In this document: in pieces, positions 35,218 through 45,224 of the stretch
Layout: every line of letters starts with the position of its first letter
Position numbering within the stretch: the first letter of the stretch is position 1
Origin: an uncultured Bacillales bacterium
GTDB taxonomy: Bacteria; Bacillota_I; Bacilli_A; RFN20; CAG-826
NCBI GenBank assembly: GCA_902464635.1
Contig: CABQKC010000007.1
Span: 5,772-69,771, forward strand
Reading direction: 5' to 3'
Length of the DNA: 64,000 bases
Made by a program: the position numbers and the translations under genes
The notes under the pieces: generated by a model
Database searches by the model: none
Told to the model about the DNA's origin: nothing
Seen by the model: only the letters and a program-made list of their open reading frames with translations

Positions 35218-37287
35218 TTAAATCATGTATTTGACGATTTCTTCTTGGGTCAAATCTTTGCTTCTATTAAATTCGGTTTCGATACGGCCGTCTTTCATAA
35301 TCAAGATCCTATCGCTCATACCGATTAATTCAGGCAATTCCTCAGAAATCATGATGATGGACTTGCCTTCTTTTTTCATCTGGTATAGCAATTGGTAAAT
35401 GAATTGCTTGACACCGATATCGACGCCTCTAGTCGGGCAATCTAATATCAATATCTCTGAATCATTAGCAACCCATTTGGCAAATGATACTTTTTGTTTA
35501 TTGCCACCAGAAAGGGTATTTACTAATTGTTGCGAACTATTGCATTTAATTTGAAGGTCCCTAATTTGCTTATTGACCAATTTCTTTTCAGGTCCTTTGA
35601 AGACGAAGAAATTGAGTTTGGCAATGTTATTGATCGAAGCAATGGCAATGTTATCGAATATATTTGATTTAGTAGCCAAGGCTTCGACATCTCTATTTTT
35701 GGAGAGGTAGCCTATCTTATGTTTCATGGCCCCTACTTCACTAGTTACTTGATAGCTTAGGCCTTTGCCAGTATAGACAAATCCACCTTCAAGCTTGATG
35801 TTACCAAACAAGGCTTTTCCCAAATCGTGCATACCGCAATCAGAAAGGCCGCCGATCCCAAGTATTTCGCCTTTATGTAATTCAAGGTCAACGTGCTTGA
35901 GTTTATTTCCTTTGATACCATCGACTATCTTCAAGACGACCTCATCGCTATAGGAGCCATCATAATCAGCTCTATAGTAATCGCCTTTTAATTCACGTCC
36001 AATCATGTATTTCTTGATTAGGTCAGGATCGAATTCATTCTTTTCCTTGCTTAAATTTGCAACGATGTCACCATCTCTAAGTACGGTCAAGGTATCGCAC
36101 TTATCCATTAATTCATCTAAGTCATGGGAGATAAACAAGACTGAACGTCCTTCATTTTTGAGCTCTTCCATCTTCTTATATAATAAGTTGCGTCCGACTT
36201 CGCTTAAGGCAGTTGTAGTTTCGTCAACGATGAATATTTCTGGATTCTTGTTTAGGCATTTGGCAATTTCAATCAATTTACGGTCTTGCATGTCATAGGC
36301 AAATGTTGGGGCACCTGGATAAATGTGGTTGACTCCAATCTTATGTAATGCATTCCCGGCATATTTCTTTAATTTCTTGCCATTGACAAATAAGCCAAAG
36401 ATAGCGTTCAAGCATACTTTCCTAATAGCTTTCAAGGTTTTTGAAGAGACATGCTCTTTTAAATTTGAGCAGGCATTCAAATAATGGTTCTTCAAATAAG
36501 TGACATCATTCTTAATCCAAAGCCTTCTTAGATATGATTCGTCATCATTTTTCTTAACGGCGGCTTTATATTCTTGTTTAGCCATCTTTATGGCGTATTC
36601 TCTTCTCCTAGAAACTAAGACTGGATCAAGATTTTCCTTATTCTCATTATATTTGACATTGATAAAATCGATTTTAGATTGGAATGAAGCAAAAGATTCG
36701 GTTGCTTTCTTGTCAAATCTTTCATCTTCTTTAATTATCTTAGCGGGATTGCCTTTTACCAAAGTTTCATTTAATTCAAGATATTTAGCTTTTAAAGAAG
36801 CAAGCATTTCCTTTATTAACTTCTTCTTTTCTTTCTTGCTTTCGATAGAGCTAAGTTTTTCATTATATTGATTATATAAGTCATCAAATTCCTTTAATGA
36901 CAAATCAAATAATGGAGAGAAATTCTCTACCTTCTTGCTTTCAAAATAATTCTCCCCGGAGAAATTAGAAAGTTCCCCTAGATAGATATTCTCGGCAACA
37001 GAAATATTGCCAATAGTACCGTTTTCCTGGACTATGATACCAATGCCGCCATTCAAGGCTTCGACCATGGAAGATGGTTTCCATTCTTTGCCATGGTATT
37101 CCATTTGGCCACTAGTTGCTTCATAAATTCCAGTCATGATAGCAGACATTGTTGACTTTCCAGAGCCATTTTCGCCGATGAATCCGCGAATTTCACCTGG
37201 ATAGATTGCAATGTCGACATCATTAAGGGCAATAGTAGGTCCAAACTGTTTTACAATGTGACTTGCTTTAAAAATCGGTTCCTTCAT
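35218..37287 (-). CDS. Tandem-NBD sugar ABC ATPase (RbsA/MglA type) with about 210-aa insertion in NBD1
   Basis: NBD1 has Walker A 'GENGSGKST' and Walker B 'IFIVDETTTAL'. NBD2 has signature 'LSGGNKQKV' and Walker B 'ILILDCPTRGVD'. Between the NBD1 Q-loop ('IIVQENG') and the degenerate signature lies a coiled-coil insert ('LSSIESKKEKKKLIKEMLASLKAKYLELNE...'). Confidence 0.8.
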   Translation of the reverse strand: MKEPIFKASHIVKQFGPTIALNDVDIAIYPGEIRGFIGENGSGKSTMSAIMTGIYEATSGQMEYHGKEWKPSSMVEALNGGIGIIVQENGTIGNISVAENIYLGELSNFSGENYFESKKVENFSPLFDLSLKEFDDLYNQYNEKLSSIESKKEKKKLIKEMLASLKAKYLELNETLVKGNPAKIIKEDERFDKKATESFASFQSKIDFINVKYNENKENLDPVLVSRRREYAIKMAKQEYKAAVKKNDDESYLRRLWIKNDVTYLKNHYLNACSNLKEHVSSKTLKAIRKVCLNAIFGLFVNGKKLKKYAGNALHKIGVNHIYPGAPTFAYDMQDRKLIEIAKCLNKNPEIFIVDETTTALSEVGRNLLYKKMEELKNEGRSVLFISHDLDELMDKCDTLTVLRDGDIVANLSKEKNEFDPDLIKKYMIGRELKGDYYRADYDGSYSDEVVLKIVDGIKGNKLKHVDLELHKGEILGIGGLSDCGMHDLGKALFGNIKLEGGFVYTGKGLSYQVTSEVGAMKHKIGYLSKNRDVEALATKSNIFDNIAIASINNIAKLNFFVFKGPEKKLVNKQIRDLQIKCNSSQQLVNTLSGGNKQKVSFAKWVANDSEILILDCPTRGVDIGVKQFIYQLLYQMKKEGKSIIMISEELPELIGMSDRILIMKDGRIETEFNRSKDLTQEEIVKYMI

Positions 37288-37475
37288 GATTTACCTCATT
37301 CTTTGACGATGACATTTTATTATTAAGCAAGTCTAGTTTTAACTCTATATTTTAACTGAAGTTACTCAATTTTTTGTATTCTATAACGTTTTACCGATAT
37401 AACAATTGATTTACAATGTCAAAAAAGTGAGTATTTCTAATTGAAGAATGTAATCGCTTACTTTACAATCTAGAC

Positions 37476-39842
37476 ATGAAAAACGAAACAATGCTAATTA
37501 ATTTCGAGAACAAGATCCCAATGAGTTTCTCGATTGTCAAATTCGATACCATCTACCGCCATATGCATAACATGGCTCAGCTACTTCTTATATTAGATGG
37601 GGAATGCGATATATTTATAGGGAATAGGTGTTACCATGCATCTAGCGATGATTTAGTTATCATTAACCCCCAGCAATCCCACCACATCATCAGCCAAGAT
37701 GTCGCGACTTTGATTTCCGTATTAATTGATGTTAATGGGTTCTCTATCGATGGAGGGGGTGACAATATTTATTTTAACCTCAATTCGATGGAAGTAAAAA
37801 ATAACCCTAGATACAACACGATTCGTTACCTTTTATATTCAATAATTGCCTATAATACGATGGAAAATGTCAATTCTATCTATACCAATAGGGCTATTGC
37901 CTATTCTTTCTTTGCCCAGCTAGTCAATGATTTTAAAGTCGTCGCGCCGAAAGAAACTACTTTAAATAAAGAATCCTTAGATACGATAAATAAGATAAAT
38001 GGATATCTAAACGACCATTACAGAGAGAAGATAACCCTTACTTATCTAAGCGAGAAATTCAATTATTCCGTATCTTATCTATCTAGGTTATATAAGAATT
38101 CCTATGGGCTTAACTTCATTGATATCTATGATAATTTAAGAATCAACCATTCTTTGAATGATTTGCTTCAAGGCAATAAAACCGTCCAGGAAATTAGCGA
38201 TGAGCATGGTTTTGAAGATGTAAGAAGCTATGTACGTGCCTTTAAGAAAATAAATGGGACTACCCCCAATCAATATAGACAAAAATATGAGCGTAAGGCA
38301 ATCAAACTCATCAATACAGACAATAAATTGTTCAGGAAGCAGGCATTAGACAAAATATTATCCAAGTATGAACAATATGGCTCTCCTAATGCTCATAAAG
38401 ATAATTCAGTCAGGGCAACAGAAATGCTTATCCCAATCGATTTAAAAGGAAAGACTAGGAAGATTAAATGCAAGGGTAACGAGGTACTAGAATTATTCGG
38501 GCCTAGCGATTTAGTTAATGAACTTGTTACAAAAGGATTAAGCGAAGCGAAAAAGGATCTAGATTATAAATATCTACTCATCCCCCATATCCTAGCCAAG
38601 CAGACACATATATTAAATAGAGATGAATATAATCAATGGAATATCAATTACGTCTATTTCTCACATATACTAAATAAGATAATAGAGAATAATGCCTTGC
38701 CTTATCTAATATTTGAATATAATGAGGATTTATTAAATGTCGATGAATTCTATACTTTGGTAAATCAAATGCTAGATTATATGGATGTCGTCTTTAAAGA
38801 TAAGCTTGATGGGGCGATGATTTCTTTTTCCAAGACTAGGAAGCCTAATAAATATACTGATCCCAATAGCGAAGAATCCATCACTTTATATAATTCTTTA
38901 TTCCAGACAGTTAGAAGAAGAGAGAATAAATATAAGATAGGTACACCTCTATTCTATAGGAAAGATATTGAATCTCACGATGGGTATTTCTCTTTCCTAG
39001 ATAGGATAAAGAAATTAGATTTAGATTTTGATTTTATTCCGATTAAATATGTAGATGATTTTAGTGATGATTCAAATCTAAGCAAGAACCGTCATGAAAT
39101 GGCAGATTTCATATCCTATCTAAAGCAAAATAATGGATTTATCGAGAATAAGATGTTCTTCCATGGGGTTAATTTTACTAATAATGAATCCCTATTAAAT
39201 GACACCTTATATGCATCGAGCTATCTAATTGAAAACTTCATCGAGAATGAAAAGGATTTGTCTAGTTTCTCAAAAAATAGTTTTGTAGATAGAACTTCAG
39301 TAAGTGCCTATGATGCAAATCAATATCATGGCAAAGACGGGATGCTTACTTATGATTATATTAAGAAGAGTTCCTATAATGCCTATTGTTTATTGTCCAA
39401 ATTAGAAAACAATGTATTATCTAATTCCTCTAATTACCTAGTAACCATAAACGAGAATAGATTGGTAATATTGTTGAACAATTATAACCACTACTCCGAT
39501 TTGTTCGCCGATAAGGAATATTTCCAGATATCTAACTTAAATAGATATACTTGCTTCCCTAAATCCACGAATATTACCTATAAATTAAAGATTAATAACC
39601 TTAATTACAATTCTGCCAAAATAAAAATATCAACCATATCAAAAAAGAGCGGTTCTAGTTATGATAAATGGCTGGATATGGGCGGGAATAAATTGCTTAA
39701 CAAAGATGAAATCGAAGTTTTGAAGCATCTTAGTGAGATAGATTATTCTAGTAGGGAAGAATTCATTACTAGCGAGGTACTAGAATTAAATGTTACAGTC
39801 GGTCCACTTGAAACCAAATTAGTCGAAATCAAATTCAATTAA
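37476..39842 (+). CDS. AraC-family regulator (cupin plus HTH) fused to about 500-aa C-terminal domain of unclear, possibly glycosidase-derived, origin
   Basis: 788 aa. The N-terminal cupin carries 'HMHNMAQLLLILDGECDIFIG'. The AraC HTH carries 'LTYLSEKFNYSVSYLSRLYK...SDEHGFEDVRSYVRAFKKINGTTPNQYR'. Residues from about 290 to 788 have no regulator motif. 'LIFEYNEDL' resembles the clan GH-A 'NEP' strand-4 motif. Confidence 0.7.
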   Translation: MKNETMLINFENKIPMSFSIVKFDTIYRHMHNMAQLLLILDGECDIFIGNRCYHASSDDLVIINPQQSHHIISQDVATLISVLIDVNGFSIDGGGDNIYFNLNSMEVKNNPRYNTIRYLLYSIIAYNTMENVNSIYTNRAIAYSFFAQLVNDFKVVAPKETTLNKESLDTINKINGYLNDHYREKITLTYLSEKFNYSVSYLSRLYKNSYGLNFIDIYDNLRINHSLNDLLQGNKTVQEISDEHGFEDVRSYVRAFKKINGTTPNQYRQKYERKAIKLINTDNKLFRKQALDKILSKYEQYGSPNAHKDNSVRATEMLIPIDLKGKTRKIKCKGNEVLELFGPSDLVNELVTKGLSEAKKDLDYKYLLIPHILAKQTHILNRDEYNQWNINYVYFSHILNKIIENNALPYLIFEYNEDLLNVDEFYTLVNQMLDYMDVVFKDKLDGAMISFSKTRKPNKYTDPNSEESITLYNSLFQTVRRRENKYKIGTPLFYRKDIESHDGYFSFLDRIKKLDLDFDFIPIKYVDDFSDDSNLSKNRHEMADFISYLKQNNGFIENKMFFHGVNFTNNESLLNDTLYASSYLIENFIENEKDLSSFSKNSFVDRTSVSAYDANQYHGKDGMLTYDYIKKSSYNAYCLLSKLENNVLSNSSNYLVTINENRLVILLNNYNHYSDLFADKEYFQISNLNRYTCFPKSTNITYKLKINNLNYNSAKIKISTISKKSGSSYDKWLDMGGNKLLNKDEIEVLKHLSEIDYSSREEFITSEVLELNVTVGPLETKLVEIKFN

Positions 39843-39870
39843 TCTATATATCTATATTATATATAAGATA

Positions 39871-40209
39871 TTAATAGTTCTTTAATCTATAAGTCGAATA
39901 TGCAAGCGCGAATATCCCTAATAAAAATAAGCATATTCCAGTTATTATAAAAGGCACGAAGGAAGTGCTGTCCTTATTGATATTTTCAATGAATGAACAG
40001 CAAAACATAACTATCCCAGCTATGATAGAAAGGACTCCTGTAATGATACCTCCAATGCAATTATGTTTATGGTTTCTTTCGATAATTGCAGAGGCTTTTT
40101 CGTCTATAACTACTTCGTGATTATTAGACAAAGGGCAACCGCAATGAGGGCAAGTAGGTGCTTTATCACTTATTTCTTTATGACATTCAGGACATTTAAT
40201 TAAAGCCAT
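39871..40209 (-). CDS. Zinc-ribbon membrane protein
   Basis: 112 aa. The N-terminal 'CPECHKEISDKAPTCPHCG' is followed by two predicted TM helices. Confidence 0.55.
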   Translation of the reverse strand: MALIKCPECHKEISDKAPTCPHCGCPLSNNHEVVIDEKASAIIERNHKHNCIGGIITGVLSIIAGIVMFCCSFIENINKDSTSFVPFIITGICLFLLGIFALAYSTYRLKNY

Positions 40210-40303
40210 ATGGTTTCCTCCGGATTTTTTCTAATTTTAAAATAGTATAGATGTTTTGTGCAAGGTTATTAAATTTGCGATTAGATAAATAGCGTTTCCT
40301 CAA

Positions 40304-40348
40304 GTTAAAAGGCCTACTGCATCACCTAACTGATTTAGCAATAGGCCT
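40304..40348 (-). terminator. Probable terminator of the 1036-aa gene
   Basis: Minus strand forms AGGCCTA...TAGGCCT (7 bp, long imperfect inner stem) followed by TTTTAACTT. Confidence 0.35.
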
Positions 40349-40355
40349 AAAAATA

Positions 40356-43300
40356 TTATTTTTTCTTAAATATTCCTTTAGTAGCTAATATCAAGTCATT
40401 AAAGGACTTTTTCTTAATTACAAACCAGAATAATGAGAATCCCGCTAGAGAAGCAGCGACAGTAGAACCAATTACAATTCCTGCAATCGCACCTCCTGAT
40501 AATCCGCTATTTGGATTTAGAGGAATATCTTCATATTTAGCAATCAAGACCATTTCTTTTGTAACGGTGAAGGTATATTCAGGATCAGTAGAAACTATAT
40601 TCCCGTCTGCATCAAACCATCCTGCAAATCTTTTTCCTTCTTTTGGAGGTTCAGCAACAATAGTCACTTTATCACCTTCTTTATAGAACCCACCTTCTCC
40701 ATCGCTAGAAGCATTCCCGCCGGTAATGGTAATTTTATGGGTACCAATCTTAGCAATCCTAAGATCATCTATAAGCTTGCCATCTTCATCGAAATGATGC
40801 TTGCAGATTGAGCAATCTTGATGACCTTTGACACCGAATTCTTCGGTAGTTGGGGCAACTTCATTAATCCAAGAACCAAATGAATGGGATTCTATATCTT
40901 TTTTATGATCACAGTTATGGCATTCATAATAATGAGATGAATCATCTGCTGAATGGGTAGACTTATAATCATGAATTATAGTTTCTTCCAAAGTGATTTC
41001 GTTTTTACAGGCTTCGTCAAGGAATAATTTGCCACATTCACTTCTTTTACATTCATAATAGGCAATATTACCATCTTTGCCGTTCTTGCCATTTTCATCA
41101 GCTTTAATTACTTCGTTAGCTTCAACATGTTTGACTTTATGGGATGCTTTAATTACTGCATCTTTTTCATTCCAAACAATCTCACATTCACGTCCAACGA
41201 ATTCCTTTTTACAATCTAAGCAGAGATATTTGTCATGCTTTCCATCACTAGTGCAGGTCTCTTCAAATCCTGCTTCTTTTAAGGTGACATTATCATGAGT
41301 GCAATCAGTTGCTAAAGGGAGTTTGAATTTGATGGTGACTTCTTTATTGTCTGCACTACTAGTCATTTCTAGCGACGTTCCTCTAGTTATATTAAAGTCA
41401 CATAGCCACCTATTAGGATCATTGATTCTTGAATTAGCAAACATCATTCCATCAGGTGCTATTAATTTAAGAGTAACGTAAACGTGTATATGCCCTAGAA
41501 ATGTTCCATCTCCAACTACATTATCAAAATTAACAACTTCAAAGTCTAATCCATTGTTTTCTTTTATGGAAATTTCTTCAATTTTGTTACCAATAATTGT
41601 CTTCCCAAATTCAACATCGACCTTCTGGACTACATCTTCTAAAGGCATCATTACATGTATTTTTATTACTTGAGTCGATTCATCAAGTTCCTTATGTAGC
41701 AATATCCCGTTTTTAATATTTATTTCGATTGCATCTATTCCTTCAGATGGGAATTTGTGGTTTGCTTGTGACTTTATTTGATAAATCATCAAGCTATTGG
41801 AGTCAATTTTAATTTGATAGGCATTGTTAATGTTGCAAACAAAATCAGCATCTTTTGTTTTAGACCCAATTGAATAAATATCCCCACGGTTAATCACATT
41901 TCCTTTTGTAACAGTTGGATAGAAGAAAGGTTCAAATGACATTCCCCTTCTATATTTAGGGATTTCTAATTCAAAGCTCCTAACTATTTCTTCGACATGA
42001 CAATCTTTACAAATTCCATTTTCAAAATTGTGGTCAATAAATTCGCCATATTCATGATTACAGGTGTGTCCGTCCTTACTATAGTTACAAATTGCTCTTT
42101 GAGCACAAGTTGCAACTCCTCCAGTCGGGGCATGTCTATAGCTTGTATCTTCTATATTACAAGTGGCGCATCTAAGGATGTGTTGTTCTCCTCCGCCACC
42201 AACAAAAGTTAGAACCTTAAATTCATATTTATGCCCAATAGCAGGTAAATATGCTTCATTGCAATCGATACAAATTCCTTGTTCGGTGCAAGTAGGATTT
42301 CCACCCCTATGTTCTTCTTTAACTAGATTTCCATTTGAATCATATTTAAGAGCACCACATTCGCATTTATATATGTGTTTACTTGAATCGGTCGGATCTT
42401 TTACACATTTATAATCATGGACTCCACTTGCATTAATAACTTCCCCACAAGTCTTGCAGCTAACCGTGCAATTCCCATAGTAATCATGTTCACCTATATC
42501 GGAATTAACATCAAAATAAGGTGATACACCTGGACAACTCGGATCGCTACAAGTAGTCCTGCCGTGATGCGTGCCATCAATACATTCTATATCTCCATAA
42601 GTATGTTCGTGGCCACCAGAAACGCCATTAATATTCAATGGGATTTTACAAGTTTTCCCGTTTGCAGCAGTCGCAATAACATAAGCAGTTCCACTATTCA
42701 TGCTATTTTTAGCGGTCAATTTGTAGTAACAATTAGATTCAGAAAAGACATTTGACGACTCTATTTCTAATCCTATTGGAGCATTTATTGCTTCATAGGT
42801 ATAAGGGGTAGCCGCGCCAACAATCCAGAATCCAGTATGAACTGAACCGCCTATTCTTCCAGAGACCGCTTCTCCAATTCGAGGGGTAATAGATGTTCCA
42901 CCCCCAATATAATCCATACCTCTAATGAGGATAAAATCTAGTAATATATATTTGCTAATTTTGTTATATCCGGCTACATCCCATAATTCTATGTCTTTTC
43001 CTTTTCCTAGGTTTAGACCAGTTATTTTAGTATGGTCATTAAGATAAGAAAGGTCTCTGCTTAATTCGTATCCTGATTCAGGAAGAATTTTAAACCTAAT
43101 AACAAAAGACTCATTTTCATCGACTATTTCTTTGCTAACCGCGTCCCAAGAACCAGTTCCAGACGATGACCAAAGCATATAGCCTTGTCCTTTTCTCCAG
43201 ACAATCTCTAAAGAAACGCTATATTTAGAATTAGCAGGGACAGTAAGCACCTTATTTGCTTCATCTACAAAATCAAATAAAGAAGCAACTGAATCACCTA

Positions 43301-43466
43301 TATCAACTTTATTAAGTGAGAACTCTATATCGCTAATAAAATTTGAGCTTGCGTTTGTTTCTTTTGCTGTTGCAGTTAACCTTGTTCCCAATAATAAAGA
43401 AACACAAGCAAATAGACCTCCAAAAAAAGATACTAATTTGGATTTGGTTTTCCTTAATCGAATCAT
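40356..43466 (-). CDS. Large membrane-anchored surface protein with two Cys/His-rich regions and a Listeria-Bacteroides (InlB B-type) repeat
   Basis: 1036 aa. It has an N-terminal signal/anchor and a C-terminal TM helix 'GAIAGIVIGSTVAASLAGFSLFWFVI' followed by 'KKK'. Cys/His-rich blocks span residues about 285-492 and 720-910. The repeat reads 'FYKEGDKVTIVAEPPKEGKRFAGWFDADGNIVSTDPEYTFTV'. Confidence 0.7.
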   Translation of the reverse strand: MIRLRKTKSKLVSFFGGLFACVSLLLGTRLTATAKETNASSNFISDIEFSLNKVDIGDSVASLFDFVDEANKVLTVPANSKYSVSLEIVWRKGQGYMLWSSSGTGSWDAVSKEIVDENESFVIRFKILPESGYELSRDLSYLNDHTKITGLNLGKGKDIELWDVAGYNKISKYILLDFILIRGMDYIGGGTSITPRIGEAVSGRIGGSVHTGFWIVGAATPYTYEAINAPIGLEIESSNVFSESNCYYKLTAKNSMNSGTAYVIATAANGKTCKIPLNINGVSGGHEHTYGDIECIDGTHHGRTTCSDPSCPGVSPYFDVNSDIGEHDYYGNCTVSCKTCGEVINASGVHDYKCVKDPTDSSKHIYKCECGALKYDSNGNLVKEEHRGGNPTCTEQGICIDCNEAYLPAIGHKYEFKVLTFVGGGGEQHILRCATCNIEDTSYRHAPTGGVATCAQRAICNYSKDGHTCNHEYGEFIDHNFENGICKDCHVEEIVRSFELEIPKYRRGMSFEPFFYPTVTKGNVINRGDIYSIGSKTKDADFVCNINNAYQIKIDSNSLMIYQIKSQANHKFPSEGIDAIEINIKNGILLHKELDESTQVIKIHVMMPLEDVVQKVDVEFGKTIIGNKIEEISIKENNGLDFEVVNFDNVVGDGTFLGHIHVYVTLKLIAPDGMMFANSRINDPNRWLCDFNITRGTSLEMTSSADNKEVTIKFKLPLATDCTHDNVTLKEAGFEETCTSDGKHDKYLCLDCKKEFVGRECEIVWNEKDAVIKASHKVKHVEANEVIKADENGKNGKDGNIAYYECKRSECGKLFLDEACKNEITLEETIIHDYKSTHSADDSSHYYECHNCDHKKDIESHSFGSWINEVAPTTEEFGVKGHQDCSICKHHFDEDGKLIDDLRIAKIGTHKITITGGNASSDGEGGFYKEGDKVTIVAEPPKEGKRFAGWFDADGNIVSTDPEYTFTVTKEMVLIAKYEDIPLNPNSGLSGGAIAGIVIGSTVAASLAGFSLFWFVIKKKSFNDLILATKGIFKKK

Positions 43467-43707
43467 AGATTCTCTCCTTTTTTATAGCCGTAAGGCAATA
43501 AATCTTATTCAAAATAAAATGAATACAACGAGTAACACTAAATTGATGATGGACTAACTTCCAAAACCATAAATTTATAAATCCGTGCGACCCATGTATT
43601 CAAATTCATGTGAAAACTTTAGCAAAAGCAAAGATAAAGCACAATACCCAAATGGGTACCTTTTGATAAAATATTTCAATTTTTAGGATGAGAAATTACA
43701 TCATTTT

Positions 43708-44646
43708 TCATATATATATTCTTTTATTAACTTCAATCATAATTGATGTTATGCTTTCTCTTTCTTGTTTGCTAAGCCCATCAGGAATAATACTTCCTTC
43801 ATAAGGATAATTGATTTGATAAGAATACCCTTTTTGCTTGATTCTTTTAATCACATTATTAAGTAATTTCTTGTTATTGAAGTCTTTATTTATTCCAATG
43901 CAGATATCAGGAAAAGGAGGCTTCTTGCCTAGAAATATTGCCTGTTCATTGCTAAAAGAATGTAAATCAAGGATAAGAACTTTCTTTCCCTCCTTTAAGA
44001 TGTTTCTAGTTTCTTTTAATAAATAGTTATGATGATTTTCATAATAGGAATCGATATCTTTATCAATATCTAATCCATTTATATTTAGATGTCTATTAAA
44101 TGGTTTCCCATCCATCGATTTAGTATAGATATATCCTTGGCCAATCTTAGACATTATTTCCTTTTCATTATCTTTATAACGTTCTAAATCGCAGTAGAGC
44201 CTACTATATTTAGCCTTAATTTCTATTCCAGGTAATTTAGCAAATAATTTATCCACGAATAAATCAGCCATCTTGAAATTAGCTATTAAATAATCATTAC
44301 CAAATACACTTCTTTTAATAAATCCACCTTTGTCTATATAAATAGAAGGGAAATCTAATGAAGAATGAGGGATATGCTTAATGATCTTATAATCCTTATA
44401 TAGAAGATAATTATTTTCATACCAGTTAATAAAGTCCTCCACTTTTTTATTAGATTTAGTTTTTAATCTAGATTTGCCTAATGTAGATACTTCTCCTAAA
44501 GGAATGGATAAACTTAATAAACTACGTGGATTAAAACAGCTAAAATTAAAATCCTTATCTACGTGCTTCTTATAGAACCTATTTAGGGAATATATATCTT
44601 TAATATCATCTAATCTAAATATGGCTTTATTTATAACTTCATACAT
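43708..44646 (-). CDS. N-formylglutamate amidohydrolase (FGase, PF05013-like) family protein with about 90-aa N-terminal extension
   Basis: 312 aa. Ordered family motifs are present: 'HIPHSS', 'YSRLYCDLERY', 'YYENHHNYL', 'ILDLHSF', 'PDICIGIN', 'NYPYEGS' and 'IMIEVNKRIY'. Confidence 0.55.
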   Translation of the reverse strand: MYEVINKAIFRLDDIKDIYSLNRFYKKHVDKDFNFSCFNPRSLLSLSIPLGEVSTLGKSRLKTKSNKKVEDFINWYENNYLLYKDYKIIKHIPHSSLDFPSIYIDKGGFIKRSVFGNDYLIANFKMADLFVDKLFAKLPGIEIKAKYSRLYCDLERYKDNEKEIMSKIGQGYIYTKSMDGKPFNRHLNINGLDIDKDIDSYYENHHNYLLKETRNILKEGKKVLILDLHSFSNEQAIFLGKKPPFPDICIGINKDFNNKKLLNNVIKRIKQKGYSYQINYPYEGSIIPDGLSKQERESITSIMIEVNKRIYI

Positions 44647-44648
44647 AT

Positions 44649-44921
44649 TTATTTATCTTTCTTTTGCCTAGTTTCTATATAACGGCAACAAGGACACCAA
44701 ACATTAGTTTCATCTTTACGTTCTTTCGCGTGCAACCTCTTCCCGCATTTAGGACATTTTTCTTCTAATACGATATGTCCATGTTCTTCAGGATCATCTC
44801 TAGTAACCTTATACCAATTATCAACGAATTCTTCTAAAGTCTTAATTAACGGTTTGCCTTCTTGAACAATACATCCACTAAATTCTCCATCAGGCATGAT
44901 TAATAAATAATGATTCCCCAT
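44649..44921 (-). CDS. Small zinc-ribbon protein
   Basis: 90 aa with 'CPKCGKRLH...WCPCCRY'. There is a 2-nt gap to each neighbouring gene and a GGAGAG RBS. Confidence 0.5.
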   Translation of the reverse strand: MGNHYLLIMPDGEFSGCIVQEGKPLIKTLEEFVDNWYKVTRDDPEEHGHIVLEEKCPKCGKRLHAKERKDETNVWCPCCRYIETRQKKDK

Positions 44922-44923
44922 AT

Positions 44924-45178
44924 TTATTTTCTCTCCAAGAAAGAAATGTAATCATTACTAGAAGAAAAGACTACGTTATCAATTTCATTTAAAGCATCAT
45001 TAGAAGCAACACAAAGAATAGTAACTCCACGCCTAGAAACTGCTACTACTCTAAACCCTTCATAATCATCAATATCAGAAAGGATGAATCCATCCTTATC
45101 GGTAAGATAATCAATAAGGGTTTTTCTTTCTTCTTTGGATTTGGTTTTGATTAGATAATCGTATGGCTTATTTGACAT
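44924..45178 (-). CDS. Small hypothetical protein (first gene of the three-gene cassette)
   Basis: 84-aa ORF with a strong AGGAGG RBS. No family was recognised. Confidence 0.5.
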   Translation of the reverse strand: MSNKPYDYLIKTKSKEERKTLIDYLTDKDGFILSDIDDYEGFRVVAVSRRGVTILCVASNDALNEIDNVVFSSSNDYISFLERK

Positions 45179-45224
45179 TTTTATTATTCCTCCTATGTCA
45201 ATGCCATTAAAGATTTAACTTGCT

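Noticed and set aside
37287-37476. Catabolite-responsive element (cre) in 'TATAACGTTTTACC' of the divergent sugar-operon promoter region.
   Set aside because: The sequence does not align to the TGWAANCGNTNWCA consensus without shifting the central CG. The match is probably a coincidence of AT-rich sequence.
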